Shown: piece by piece, positions 53,546-63,870 of the stretch
Layout: each line of letters begins with the position of its first letter
How positions within the stretch are numbered: the first letter of the stretch is position 1
Origin: Nostoc sp. DedSLP01
GTDB lineage: Bacteria > Cyanobacteriota > Cyanobacteriia > Cyanobacteriales > Nostocaceae
Assembly: GCA_034530875.2 (NCBI GenBank)
Contig: JAVRCJ020000012.1
Location: forward strand, 152,366 to 216,365
DNA length: 64,000 bases
Reading direction: 5' to 3'
Notes under the pieces: model-generated
Seen by the model: only the letters and a program-made list of their open reading frames with translations
Database searches by the model: none
What the model was told of the DNA's origin: nothing
Translations under genes and position numbers: made by a program

Positions 53546-53776
53546 ATGAATCCAGTTCCGAGGTGGATGAACGAGTATCAAAGGTGGATTAATCCAGTTC
53601 CAAGGTGGATGAACGAGTATCAAAGGTGGATTAATCCAGTTAAAAGCCTTATTAATGAGTATTTGAGCTTCATTAACGAGTATCTGAACTTCATTAATGA
53701 GTATCTGAACTTCATTAATGAGTATTTGAACTCCATTAATGAGTATTTGAGCCTCATTAATGAATATCAAAACATT
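53546..53776. repeat. Tandem array of about 11 degenerate 21-bp units
   Basis: Units ATGAATCCAGTTCCGAGGTGG / ATGAACGAGTATCAAAGGTGG grade into ATTAATGAGTATCTGAACTTC. Confidence 0.9.
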
Positions 53777-53837
53777 ACAGAAGCAAACCGCCTAGTGTCA
53801 AACAAGATACAATTGATGCTGATTTGCGGAATTACCC

Positions 53838-54082
53838 TAAATAATTCGTAATTCGTAATTCGTAATTCGTAATTATGTTTTGTCAGGAGGATTTTTACCC
53901 CGACACAAAACAAGAGCTTTATACAAAAGGGGGTAAGTTATTCCAGATTCAAATTACATATACTGGGCGCTCATGTTGCCCACACCACAAGATTTATATT
54001 CAATTCAGTTATATTAGATGTCTTTTAGCTCCTTAACCCCTATTTAATTACGAATTACGAATTACGAATTACGAATTATTTA
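53838..54082. mobile_element. Element bounded by perfect 38-bp inverted repeats made of (TAATTCG)n
   Basis: 53838-53875 is the exact reverse complement of 54045-54082. Confidence 0.7.
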
Positions 54083-56277
54083 TGCTGTGGAATGTTTTAC
54101 AAGCAATTCGCCGTCAAATAACTCAAAAGCTAGGAGTATCCCCGTCTCAAAGCAACACAGATACAAACACAGCGCCTACATCTGACTCCCAGCTTGAGTT
54201 TTTATTGCAGGTACTCCAAGCTACAGCAGACAGTGGCGGCGATGCCAAGGTAATACACCCACTGCTGGAAGCGAACCGAGAGAACCTAGACATGAATTTT
54301 GCCCAAATTTTACGCAGTTGGGCAATGGCAACCCTACCAAACTTAGAAATAGACACAGCGCGAAGCACTGTAATAGATATCATCAATTTCAGTAACCGGA
54401 TGTGGGACTTTCCCTTGGGGAACCGGGCGAATAATCTAGAAATTGCCATCACAGGTTATGAAATTGCACTTACTGTTTTTACCCGCGATCGCTTTCCCAT
54501 AGATTGGGCAATGACGCAAAACAACCTGGGCATTGCTTACAGTGACCGCATCCAAGGGGAGAAGGCAGAAAATTTAGAACTTGCCATCAAATGCTACCAA
54601 GATGCTTTGCTAGAACGCACCCGTCAGGCTTTGCCGCAAGACCATGCTGACACTGCTTTCAACTTGGGGTTAGCTTACATAAACGCGAAACGGTTTGCAG
54701 ATGCTTACAACATTTTTAAATCTGCCATTGACACAGTAGAATTTCTGCGGGGTGAAATTTTCTCTGGCGATGAAGTCAAACAAAAACTGGCGGAAGAATG
54801 GAATCAGCTTTATTGCCGCATGGTGGAAGTTTGTCTGGAATTAAAATATTACGACCAAGCAGTTGAATACATCGAACGCAGCAAGACGCGCAACTTAATA
54901 GAACTGTTGGCGCAAGGTTCGCCAGAAATACAGCAGTTACAACAAACAATCGTCGAACAACAGCACAGCCTAGAAGTTGCAGCAAACACCGAACCAACAC
55001 GCCTCAACCAACTACGCCAGCAACGGGAAGGGTTAATCCGCCAAGTCATCCCCTTAGAACACATCCGCTTTGCTGAAATTCAAGGGCTATTAGATAACCG
55101 CACTGCCATTGTGCAATGGTACATCTTTAATGATTGCTTCCGTGCCTTTATCATCACCCGCCAAGACCAAACACCCCGAATTTGGCAATCTGCGGCTGAA
55201 GATTTAGACGCTTTATATGACTGGTTAAATGAGTATCTGGAAACTTACTACACAAAAAAACCTGAGTGGCGACATCAGTTAGCTGCTAAACTCCAAGAAT
55301 TAGCAGACATCTTACATATTAATTATGTACTTGATTTAGTTCCAGATACCTGCAACGCTGTAATTCTCGTCCCCCATCGCTACCTGCATTTATTACCGCT
55401 TCACGCTTTACCGCTTGGGCGAGAGGGAGAGAATTATCTTTTAGATAAATTTCCTGGTGGGGTGAGATATGCACCCAGTTGTCAGCTGTTAAAGTTTGCC
55501 AAAAAACGCGAATATCAGCCGCAACAAAGTTTATTCGCCATCCAAGACCCCAACGACAACCTGACTTATACCAATATAGAAGTAGAAACAGTTGCGCGTT
55601 ACTTCCACCCCACCACTGTTTTAAAAAAAGCCCAAGCCACCAAACAAGCTTTTTCGCAAGCTGTGGCAAATTCGCCAGATGTGCAAGTCGTTCACCTTTC
55701 TTGTCACGGCTACTTTGATATAGAATCGCCTGTTAATTCTGCCATTGCTTTAGCTGATTGTGTTTCGTCCACTTCCCCTGCTAGCAACCGCCAGCGAGAA
55801 TTACCAGATGGTAATACCCTAGACCTAGAAAAATGCCTGACTTTAGTTGACATCTTCAATCTCAACTTACCAGAATGCCGCCTCGTCACCCTTTCCGCCT
55901 GCGAAACCGGAGTCATTGAATCGAGTACCAGCGATGAATATATTGGTTTAGCAAGTGGCTTTCTCAAAGCCGGCAGTTCTAGTGTAGTGAGTAGTCTGTG
56001 GTCAGTGGATGACTTTGCAACGGCGTTGTTGATGATTCGATTTTACGACAATTTGCCCTCTTTATCGGTTGCCCAAGCACTTTGTCAAGCCCAGCAGTGG
56101 TTACGCGACGCTACGCAAGGGGAGTTAATCGAGTGGACTGAAGGGCATCCAAATATTAATGAAGAAAATAAGCAAACAATTCAAAATCGGTTAGAAACAC
56201 ACTATGAATCTAATGTTAACGATAAACCGTTTGGTAAACCTGCGGCTTGGGCTGGGTTTTGTGCTATTGGGAATTGA
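54082..56277 (+). CDS. TPR + CHAT (caspase-like, HetF-related) protease
   Basis: TPR WAMTQNNLGIAY; CHAT dyad HLSCHG and LSACETG; VSSLWSVDD; WAGF. Confidence 0.93.
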   Translation: MLWNVLQAIRRQITQKLGVSPSQSNTDTNTAPTSDSQLEFLLQVLQATADSGGDAKVIHPLLEANRENLDMNFAQILRSWAMATLPNLEIDTARSTVIDIINFSNRMWDFPLGNRANNLEIAITGYEIALTVFTRDRFPIDWAMTQNNLGIAYSDRIQGEKAENLELAIKCYQDALLERTRQALPQDHADTAFNLGLAYINAKRFADAYNIFKSAIDTVEFLRGEIFSGDEVKQKLAEEWNQLYCRMVEVCLELKYYDQAVEYIERSKTRNLIELLAQGSPEIQQLQQTIVEQQHSLEVAANTEPTRLNQLRQQREGLIRQVIPLEHIRFAEIQGLLDNRTAIVQWYIFNDCFRAFIITRQDQTPRIWQSAAEDLDALYDWLNEYLETYYTKKPEWRHQLAAKLQELADILHINYVLDLVPDTCNAVILVPHRYLHLLPLHALPLGREGENYLLDKFPGGVRYAPSCQLLKFAKKREYQPQQSLFAIQDPNDNLTYTNIEVETVARYFHPTTVLKKAQATKQAFSQAVANSPDVQVVHLSCHGYFDIESPVNSAIALADCVSSTSPASNRQRELPDGNTLDLEKCLTLVDIFNLNLPECRLVTLSACETGVIESSTSDEYIGLASGFLKAGSSSVVSSLWSVDDFATALLMIRFYDNLPSLSVAQALCQAQQWLRDATQGELIEWTEGHPNINEENKQTIQNRLETHYESNVNDKPFGKPAAWAGFCAIGN

Positions 56278-56309
56278 TTTATCTCACGCAAAGGCGCAAA
56301 GGGATGAGC

Positions 56310-56483
56310 CTACGGTGTACACACAAGTCGGAGTTGCTTGTGAGATCGGGGTTTTACCCCCCTTAATCCCCCCTTATAAAGGGGGGAAAAAGAGATCCAG
56401 TTCCCTCCCCTTGACAAGGGGAGGGTTAGGGTGGGGTAATTCGAGGACTGGTAGTGATTCGATAACTCGTGTGTACACCGTAG
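56310..56483. mobile_element. Second copy of the CTACGGTGTACACACAAGT-TIR MITE
   Basis: CTACGGTGTACACACAAGT ... ACTCGTGTGTACACCGTAG; body similar to 53272-53426. Confidence 0.85.
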
Positions 56484-56547
56484 GAGAAATAAGGAGGAGT
56501 AGGGGGAGATAAAGTTTGGGTTTCAACTAGAAAATTTTGATGGAGGT

Positions 56548-56901
56548 ATGATTATGGCAACTGATGAAGATAAGGCAATTGTTGAGGCTTTTTTTGAAGT
56601 GGTGAAGGAGCAAGGGTTTGTTTTTGATGAAGAAAGTCAGGGGGATTTATCAACAATTAAGGAAACTTTGGCAGAATTCGAGAATCAACCAGTTTCGGCG
56701 GCCGCTGTTCCGATTATCGCTTGGTATAAGAAATATCCAGATGTCAGAGATGCTGTGCTATTTACGGTTAGAGAAATCAATATTAATAAAAAGCGGAATC
56801 CAGCCAATCAAGAGGGGACTTTAATCAATCAATTTCCTGACTACAAGAAAATCATAGATGACCGACAAAATCCTCCACCTTCAGAACCAAATAAAAAATG
56901 A
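56548..56901 (+). CDS. Small hypothetical protein between the CHAT and 2TM genes (CATASP-like position)
   Basis: GGAGGT RBS; stop overlaps the next start (ATGA); helical N-terminus and Pro-rich tail. Confidence 0.8.
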   Translation: MIMATDEDKAIVEAFFEVVKEQGFVFDEESQGDLSTIKETLAEFENQPVSAAAVPIIAWYKKYPDVRDAVLFTVREININKKRNPANQEGTLINQFPDYKKIIDDRQNPPPSEPNKK

Positions 56902-58346
56902 GTCCGAAAGTCTACGCGCCCAATGTTCATTTATTTGCTTTTCATCTGCAAAAAAGCGCCAATGGCGATAATGCAGACGATAAAGATAAATATTGGCTTT
57001 GGCAAACCTGCAATGAAATCATCCAGAAAACATTGCAGCCAAATTTTGATTTAATTCAATGGCTGGATTTAGAAAAAGAGCCGGATAATCCCACTGTTTG
57101 TTTAACCAAAGATGGTGATGTGGTTCCTCTGAAAGGTGAGATATATTTTGACAATTCACCTTTATTGATTACAGGTTTTGCCTATCCGCTGCGACTTTAC
57201 GATAGTGACGGACTATGGCTAAATCTACGCCGCCCAGAAAAAGAAAATAATCAGCGCACTGAAGATGTAGATATTCAAATATTCAGAAACCTAAATCCAA
57301 ACAATTGCTTACTGTTAGCAGGAAATGAAAGATTTCTCGGTCAAACCCTGATAATTACTGCTTGGCTGTCATCAGAACACGACCCCCAAGACCAAAAAGC
57401 TTTAAAAAATCTTGCTGATGAATGTCTCCAAAATTTCTTTCCCAATAACCACCCAATTCCATCATTTGCACGTTCGGCTACTTTATTTGGTAGCCCAATT
57501 TTTGAATACGGACTGTTTAGCCAATTAACAAATTACCGCCATGTTTTAGTTTGGTTATTCAGCCACCCAGAAGCTGAAGAAAAGTTTAACGATTATCAAG
57601 AACAGTTATTAGATTTATTTTTCTTTCGCGCCAAAGTCGTGAAAGCCTTCCAAAAAAGCCGGGAAGTTTATGAAGATACAAATAAAGAATATCAAAAAAT
57701 TGAAGCAGAAATTAATGCTTTAAAGCAATATGATGTAGATTTATTAAATAATGAAAAATTAGATGCGCTAAGTGAAAAATTAAAAGATTTGCCGCAAATG
57801 GCATTAGACTACGCTAACTTACTGCGTTATCTAGAATCCTACCAAAATACAATAGCCATCAATGGACGAAATTATGCCGATAGACTCCAACAAATTAGCG
57901 GTATCGTCCAAGATGAAGATATTAGCTTCCTAGAAAAATTTAGCTTAGAAAACAGTCTGCATTTTCAAGAACAAATCAAAGCAGAGTTAGGCTATTTTAC
58001 TCATGGTTCCAGCTTACTAGACAAAGCGATCGCCTCCATCCGCGGCCGCGTAGAAATAGACCGTGCCAAAAGCGATCGCTTAGCGGAAGATAAGAAAGAG
58101 AAAAGCGATCGTAGTTTACAAATTACCATCTTAGCCGTCGGTACTGGCATCGGCGCAGGTGGCATCATGGCATCTAGTTACACCCTAGTGCAAAATGACC
58201 CCATCCTCCAAGCCTTACACGTTCCCGCAGCCAATCGCTTTACCGCATCCATCACCTACAGTTTACTTTTTGGCTTCGCGATCGGAATCTTAATTTTGCT
58301 ACTCGATAAACTCCGCCAGACCTCTAAACGTAAGCCCAAACAATAA
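56898..58346 (+). CDS. Hypothetical protein: alpha/beta N-domain, long helices, two C-terminal TM helices (CATRA/CorA-like)
   Basis: Coupled to the upstream ORF; hydrophobic ITILAVGTGIGAGGIMA and ITYSLLFGFAIGILILLL; basic C-terminus. Confidence 0.75.
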   Translation: MSPKVYAPNVHLFAFHLQKSANGDNADDKDKYWLWQTCNEIIQKTLQPNFDLIQWLDLEKEPDNPTVCLTKDGDVVPLKGEIYFDNSPLLITGFAYPLRLYDSDGLWLNLRRPEKENNQRTEDVDIQIFRNLNPNNCLLLAGNERFLGQTLIITAWLSSEHDPQDQKALKNLADECLQNFFPNNHPIPSFARSATLFGSPIFEYGLFSQLTNYRHVLVWLFSHPEAEEKFNDYQEQLLDLFFFRAKVVKAFQKSREVYEDTNKEYQKIEAEINALKQYDVDLLNNEKLDALSEKLKDLPQMALDYANLLRYLESYQNTIAINGRNYADRLQQISGIVQDEDISFLEKFSLENSLHFQEQIKAELGYFTHGSSLLDKAIASIRGRVEIDRAKSDRLAEDKKEKSDRSLQITILAVGTGIGAGGIMASSYTLVQNDPILQALHVPAANRFTASITYSLLFGFAIGILILLLDKLRQTSKRKPKQ

Positions 58347-58453
58347 ACCCAAAATACCATTTCTGAATAACTCCTCTCAACTCCTACTCTCTGCGACTCT
58401 GCGCCTCTGCGTGAATATTTACACTCAGCAACGCCCCCAAAATTCTCAAATTC

Positions 58454-60082
58454 ATGTTCAAAGTCCTCCCCAAACAAACAGCCTCCATGCACACCCGCGA
58501 CGGTATTCGCCTGGATGCAGACATCTATCGCCCAGATGCAGAAGGCGAGTTTCCAGTCTTATTAATCCGCCAACCATATAGTAGAGCGATCGCATCTACT
58601 GTTGTCTACGCCCACCCTACTTGGTATGCTGCCCACGGCTACATCGTAGTCATCCAAGATGTCCGAGGACGCGGTACTTCTGAAGGTGAATTTCAATTAT
58701 TTGCTCACGAAATCTTAGACGGCGAAGATACAGTAAATTGGGCAGCAAATTTACCCGGTAGTAATGGCAAAGTTGGTATGTACGGCTTTTCCTATCAAGG
58801 AATGACTCAGCTATATGCCGCAGTTAATCAACCCAGCGCCCTAATAACAATTTGCCCCGCCACGATTGGCTATGATTTATATAGCGATTGGGCTTATGAA
58901 GGAGGTGCATTTTGTTTACAAACTAACCTCGCTTGGGCAATTCAATTAGCTACAGAAACCGCCCGTTTGCGAGGAGATAAAACAACTTATCAAGCTTTAT
59001 TTGCCGCTTCTCGAAATTTACCTGTAACTAATCCAGAAATTCTACAACAACTCGCCCCAGATTCCTTTTTTCACGAGTGGCTGGCGCATTCTCAACCAGA
59101 TAAATACTGGGAAAAACTTTCGCCCAAACATCACTTACAAACTGTTGATTTGCCCATATTCCACATCGGCGGATGGTTTGATACTTATCTACGCGGCACT
59201 TTGGATTTATATAAAGATATGGCAGCCCGTAGCACTAAACCCCAACATTTGTTAGTCGGCCCTTGGGCGCATTTACCTTGGAGTCGCAAAGCCGGGGAAA
59301 TTGACTTTGGCGAAAAAGCTGCAACCCCTGTAGATAAAATGCAAATTCGCTGGTTTGACCAATTTCTCAAAGGCGAAAATACAGGTTTATTACGTGAGTC
59401 CCCCGTTTGCCTATTTGAAATGGGAACCAACACTTGGCGCACCTTCCCCAATTTTCCTACTCCAATACACAAATCCTACTTCTTGTCAACCACCGGACTA
59501 GCCAGCATCCGCGAAGACTCCGGAACCCTAATCCCCAGTCCCCAGTCCCCAGTCCCCAATACCTTCGATATATTAGTTCACGACCCTTGGCGACCAGTTC
59601 CGTCCTTAGGCGGCCATGCGGGAATGCCTGCGGGTGTATTTGAGCGATCGCATCTCGATTGTCGTTCCGATGTCTTAACTTACACTAGCAAACCATTAGA
59701 AGAAGATTTACATCTAGCTGGGGATGTAATAGTTGAAATTTATTGTACTGCCGACCAACCAAGTTATGATTTGTGTGCAATTCTATCCGAAGTACATCCG
59801 AATGGGAAAGTGTATAATTTGACCCAAGGTTATATACATTGCCGAGATGCTAGCACCTCTACAAAAATTCAGCTACAAGCGACTTGTGCGCGAATAGCCA
59901 AAGGAAACGCCCTGCGTCTAAGTTTAAGTGCAGCCTGTTTCCCAGCCTACGCCATGAATTCTGGAAACGGCGCAGTCACCAGCAGCGAGAGTTTACCAGA
60001 TGCCCAAATTATCGCGTTAACAGTGAATTGTGGAGGTGAGTTTAATTCTCATCTCTTATTACCTGTAGTCCCAGCAAGCTAA
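58454..60082 (+). CDS. CocE/NonD family serine hydrolase
   Basis: RDGIRLDADIYRP, QDVRGRGTSEG, GFSYQG, GGWFD and GPWAH motifs. Confidence 0.93.
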   Translation: MFKVLPKQTASMHTRDGIRLDADIYRPDAEGEFPVLLIRQPYSRAIASTVVYAHPTWYAAHGYIVVIQDVRGRGTSEGEFQLFAHEILDGEDTVNWAANLPGSNGKVGMYGFSYQGMTQLYAAVNQPSALITICPATIGYDLYSDWAYEGGAFCLQTNLAWAIQLATETARLRGDKTTYQALFAASRNLPVTNPEILQQLAPDSFFHEWLAHSQPDKYWEKLSPKHHLQTVDLPIFHIGGWFDTYLRGTLDLYKDMAARSTKPQHLLVGPWAHLPWSRKAGEIDFGEKAATPVDKMQIRWFDQFLKGENTGLLRESPVCLFEMGTNTWRTFPNFPTPIHKSYFLSTTGLASIREDSGTLIPSPQSPVPNTFDILVHDPWRPVPSLGGHAGMPAGVFERSHLDCRSDVLTYTSKPLEEDLHLAGDVIVEIYCTADQPSYDLCAILSEVHPNGKVYNLTQGYIHCRDASTSTKIQLQATCARIAKGNALRLSLSAACFPAYAMNSGNGAVTSSESLPDAQIIALTVNCGGEFNSHLLLPVVPAS

Positions 60083-60128
60083 TATTGGGGCAAATGACTA
60101 ATGACTAATGACTGATGACTAATGACAA

Positions 60129-61025
60129 TTAGGATATCGCAACACTCTTCAAAATAGTCATCGGCCCTTGTTCTTTAAGAAGTTGCATTTCCTCTGCATT
60201 CTTTACTAGCAAGGCACCGGCGAATCCTAATGAATTGACAGAAATGGTGTGAAAATGCTCTTGCGATCGCGGTACAATCGACATCCATTCTCGTGTCATC
60301 AGCAAGTTGTAAGCACCCAATTGCGTCGCATCCAAACCTATAGCCTTTAACAAAGAATGATAAATTTCCAGCGTTGCTTCACCTCCTGTAAATGGAGACT
60401 CTACCCACTGGGGATTTAAGGCTGCAAAAGCGTGTAAAAAAGGAAGTTTTGGTAAAGTTGCGATGGAATTTTGAAATTGTACTTCCTTTATTAAAGGTTC
60501 AATTGGTAATTGTATCCCTGAAGGTACAAGCGGTAGCGGCACTAATTGTAAGTGTTTATGTCGCTGACTAGCACCTGCAATTTTGCCACTGTTATAGAAT
60601 CCTAAACCATCAAAATCAGCTAGACACGCCCACATCGCTGTAAAATCTTCGAGAGTGAGTAAACTTTCTTGTTCCTCAAAGGCGCGGGTAATAATTAGCA
60701 GATGATAATCGACAACGTTGAATTTATTTAAGATACATACATGAGTATAAGAGATATCCGCCACAAATAAATCTTTTTCGTAAGGCAAGAAAGGATTAAA
60801 TTCTTTACCTGAAGTAATAGATTCTTTTTCCTGTTTTTCGTTGGCTGCTTTTTTCCGGTTCAAGTTAGATAAAATCCGTACTAAAAAGTCCACGCCATCC
60901 TGTTCCACAAATTCAAATTCTGTGGGTATCGACAGCAACGCCCCACATTGCAAAGCAGATTCAGTGCGTTCTTTGACACTTGCCCACAAAGTACCGGGCT
61001 GAAGTAATATTTTCTCTTTTACCAT
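60129..61025 (-). CDS. ATP adenylyltransferase / Ap4A phosphorylase II-like protein
   Basis: NPFLPYE, LNKFNVV, FYNSGKIAGASQRHKHLQ (HxHxQ) and VNSLGFAG motifs. Confidence 0.9.
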   Translation of the reverse strand: MVKEKILLQPGTLWASVKERTESALQCGALLSIPTEFEFVEQDGVDFLVRILSNLNRKKAANEKQEKESITSGKEFNPFLPYEKDLFVADISYTHVCILNKFNVVDYHLLIITRAFEEQESLLTLEDFTAMWACLADFDGLGFYNSGKIAGASQRHKHLQLVPLPLVPSGIQLPIEPLIKEVQFQNSIATLPKLPFLHAFAALNPQWVESPFTGGEATLEIYHSLLKAIGLDATQLGAYNLLMTREWMSIVPRSQEHFHTISVNSLGFAGALLVKNAEEMQLLKEQGPMTILKSVAIS

Positions 61026-61280
61026 TTTTATTCTTTAAAAAATAGTTAACTCTTATATAAGAATTCATAATAGAAAATTTAAAAATTTGGCATAGTGAAT
61101 TCTCCATATACCTATGACTTTAGTCATGGTTTTCAATGTGACATACTTACCATTCTTACTCCCAAGTTTTTAGTTAGTAAAAAACTAAACGTTTCACAAT
61201 CACGCAATAACTCTGCAACAAAACTGTCATAAATCATATCTACATTAGTAATTACATATAAAATATGCTTCTAAACGGCA

Positions 61281-62546
61281 ATGCAAAACCAATCTCAGGA
61301 TGGAAAAAACCCATCAAATAGCATTTTATCCCACACTGCTGACGCCAAATACCATAATCCAGCACCCTGGAAAAAGGCTGCCGCCTCTTTGTCCTTAGTG
61401 CTATTGGGATCTGGTATGACATTAGCAGGCGGCTATTTAGCTGGACATCAAGAGCAGGTGTCGCAGACTGCATCTAATTTGACACTCGGTCGAGTCAATG
61501 CTGCCCCTCCATTACCAGCCACCACAGATCCGAATTTTGTGACAAAGGTGGTACAACAGGTAGGGCCAGCAGTAGTGCGGATTGACTCTTCCCGAACCGT
61601 AAAAACCCAGTTACCAGATGAATTTAGCAGCGATCCCTTTTTTCAACGCTTTTTTGGTTCCCAACTGCCACAACAACAAAATCGGGTAGAACGAGGTACT
61701 GGTTCCGGTTTTATCATCAGTGCTGATGGTCGCATCCTTACGAATGCCCACGTGGTAGATGGAGCAGATAAGGTAACAGTGACACTCAAGGATGGACGTA
61801 CCTTGCAAGGTAAGGTGCTAGGAAAAGATGAGTTAACTGATGTAGCTGTGGTGAAGATTCAAGCAGATAATCTGCCAACAGTAACCTTGGGTAACTCAGA
61901 CCAACTGCAACCAGGAGAATGGGCGATCGCGATCGGTAATCCCCTGGGGCTAGATAATACAGTAACAACCGGAATCGTCAGCGCCACCGGACGCAGTAGC
62001 AATCAAATCGGCGCTCCCGATAAGCGAGTAGAGTATATTCAAACCGACGCTGCAATTAACCCCGGTAACTCCGGCGGCCCTCTGCTCAATTACCGTGGTG
62101 AAGTAATTGGTATGAATACTGCTATTATCCAAGGCGCGCAAGGCTTAGGCTTTGCCATTCCCATCAAAACAGCACAACGCATTTCTAGCCAATTAATAGC
62201 TACAGGTACAGTTCAACATCCTTATTTAGGAATTCAAATGGTGGGGTTAACGCCTCAGCTCAAACAAAGTATCAACTCAGATCCTAATAGTGGTTTGAGC
62301 GTAAATGAAGATAAAGGCGTATTAGTTGTAAAAGTTATGCCAAATTCCCCAGCCGCTAAAGCAGGCATACGCGCTGGTGATGTTATCCAAAAACTCGGCA
62401 ATCAAGCAGTTACAGATGCCAGCAGCGTCCAAAACGCTGTAGAAAATAGTCAAGTCGGCGCAGATTTACGCCTAGAGTTACGGCGGAATGGGCAGAGTAT
62501 TAATGTAGCCGTACAACCTGGTGCTTTCCCCACAGAAGTACAATAA
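61281..62546 (+). CDS. HhoA/HhoB/HtrA family serine protease with PDZ domain
   Basis: [21 protein letters not shown] and [15 protein letters not shown] motifs; C-terminal PDZ. Confidence 0.96.
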   Translation: MQNQSQDGKNPSNSILSHTADAKYHNPAPWKKAAASLSLVLLGSGMTLAGGYLAGHQEQVSQTASNLTLGRVNAAPPLPATTDPNFVTKVVQQVGPAVVRIDSSRTVKTQLPDEFSSDPFFQRFFGSQLPQQQNRVERGTGSGFIISADGRILTNAHVVDGADKVTVTLKDGRTLQGKVLGKDELTDVAVVKIQADNLPTVTLGNSDQLQPGEWAIAIGNPLGLDNTVTTGIVSATGRSSNQIGAPDKRVEYIQTDAAINPGNSGGPLLNYRGEVIGMNTAIIQGAQGLGFAIPIKTAQRISSQLIATGTVQHPYLGIQMVGLTPQLKQSINSDPNSGLSVNEDKGVLVVKVMPNSPAAKAGIRAGDVIQKLGNQAVTDASSVQNAVENSQVGADLRLELRRNGQSINVAVQPGAFPTEVQ

Positions 62547-62574
62547 CAGTTTTCGAGTCAAGGTGAATATACAT

Positions 62575-62605
62575 AAGGATGGGTCTTGTACCCGTCCTTT
62601 TTTTT
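62575..62605 (+). terminator. Intrinsic terminator after the HtrA gene
   Basis: AAGGATGGGT-CTTGT-ACCCGTCCTT followed by a T run. Confidence 0.75.
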
Positions 62606-62712
62606 CAGGTGATGACTTATGGTAGGGAACAGGCAATAGGTAATTGGTTAGTTACTAAATTAAGTTGAATATATTGATTCTCAATACTGAATTCTAAATT
62701 CTGACTTCTCGT

Positions 62713-63336
62713 TTAAACAAGCCATTCTGCTTGAAAAATTTGATTAGCAGTTAAAGACAATTCTGGAAAAGTTGGCGATACTATGCGTTCATTTCCCTTA
62801 AACTGCCTAACTTGGTATTCCCCATCTATCAGTTCGTGAACAGAAATAGTTGGTTGTTTGGGACTACCAATAAATCTTCTACCACCTAAACCTAAGTAAT
62901 CAACAATCCAATATTCAGGAATACCTATTTCCTCATAATCTCCAGCTTTTGCCAAATAATCAACACGCCAATTACTACCGACAATTTCAATTACTAAGCG
63001 GATTGATGCAGCCTGAGTAACTGTTGATTCTTTTTGCCATAATGGTTCGTTCGCTAAGTTGGAACGATTTAACACCAAAACATCAGGTGAGTAAACTGAA
63101 TCGCTTTCAGGTGGTTTTACTAAAGCAGTTTTGGGTATTCCGTAGGGTAAATTTAAGCGAAGATATTCAGCCGTAATTCTCTCATTTAAAAAACAAATTA
63201 TATCTTCATGTTTTCCTACAGGTTGATTCATTTCAATAATTACCCCATGATGTAGTTCATAGCGGTTGCTTTCTGGTTTCCACTGTATGAACTCTTCAAA
63301 AGTTACTGGCTTAGTGTTAAGTAGTGCTTCAACCAT
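62713..63336 (-). CDS. Uma2 family endonuclease-like protein
   Basis: YSPDVLVL, LVIEIVGSNW and YEEIGIPEYWIVDY motifs. Confidence 0.9.
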   Translation of the reverse strand: MVEALLNTKPVTFEEFIQWKPESNRYELHHGVIIEMNQPVGKHEDIICFLNERITAEYLRLNLPYGIPKTALVKPPESDSVYSPDVLVLNRSNLANEPLWQKESTVTQAASIRLVIEIVGSNWRVDYLAKAGDYEEIGIPEYWIVDYLGLGGRRFIGSPKQPTISVHELIDGEYQVRQFKGNERIVSPTFPELSLTANQIFQAEWLV

Positions 63337-63345
63337 AGTTGCTAA

Positions 63346-63870
63346 TCAGCGACTCATTGCAAAAATATCTTCAGCCGTTAAAGGAATGTTGGGAAATAAT
63401 CTAGAATCAATTCGAGCTTGTCCTCGAAATACCTTTGCAGGTAAATACTCTCCATCTTCAAGTTGGTAAATTGTAATGGTCGGCTGCTTGGGAGAGCCAA
63501 TAAACCGAATGCCACCAAAAGCAGCATAGTCCACAATGATATACTCTAAAACCCCCAAGTCCTCATATTCAGCAAGTTTTGTCAGATAGTCGTCCTTCCA
63601 GTTATTGCTAACCACCTCAATGATTCCTGGTGGCGGAATATATGCAGCAGCAGAACTAGAGCTAGTTTTCATCCTCTGCCATTCTTCTCTTGCAAATATG
63701 ACAATATCTGCTTTGCGGCTTTTTTCCTTTTCTGATTGTGCTGTCTTAAGCCGAACCTGCTTCGACTGGCGCGATACGTAAGGCAGGTCATTTTCTTGGC
63801 AGTGATTTTCTAAGTACGCACACAGTCGCTCAATTAAATCCTCATGATTTGCATTTGGTTCTGATAATGG
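63346..63870 (-). pseudogene. Uma2 family gene, 5' part cut off by a probable IS insertion
   Basis: RKADIVI, IIEVVSNNW, YEDLGVLEYIIVDY; lacks the N-terminal segment of the adjacent paralogue and abuts an IS-like end. Confidence 0.7.

Noticed and set aside
53546..53776. Possible CRISPR array
   Set aside because: Units are contiguous 21-mers without unique spacers, and no cas genes are in the window.
56204..56512. 102-aa ORF between the CHAT gene and the small protein
   Set aside because: Mostly translated MITE sequence overlapping the CHAT 3' end.
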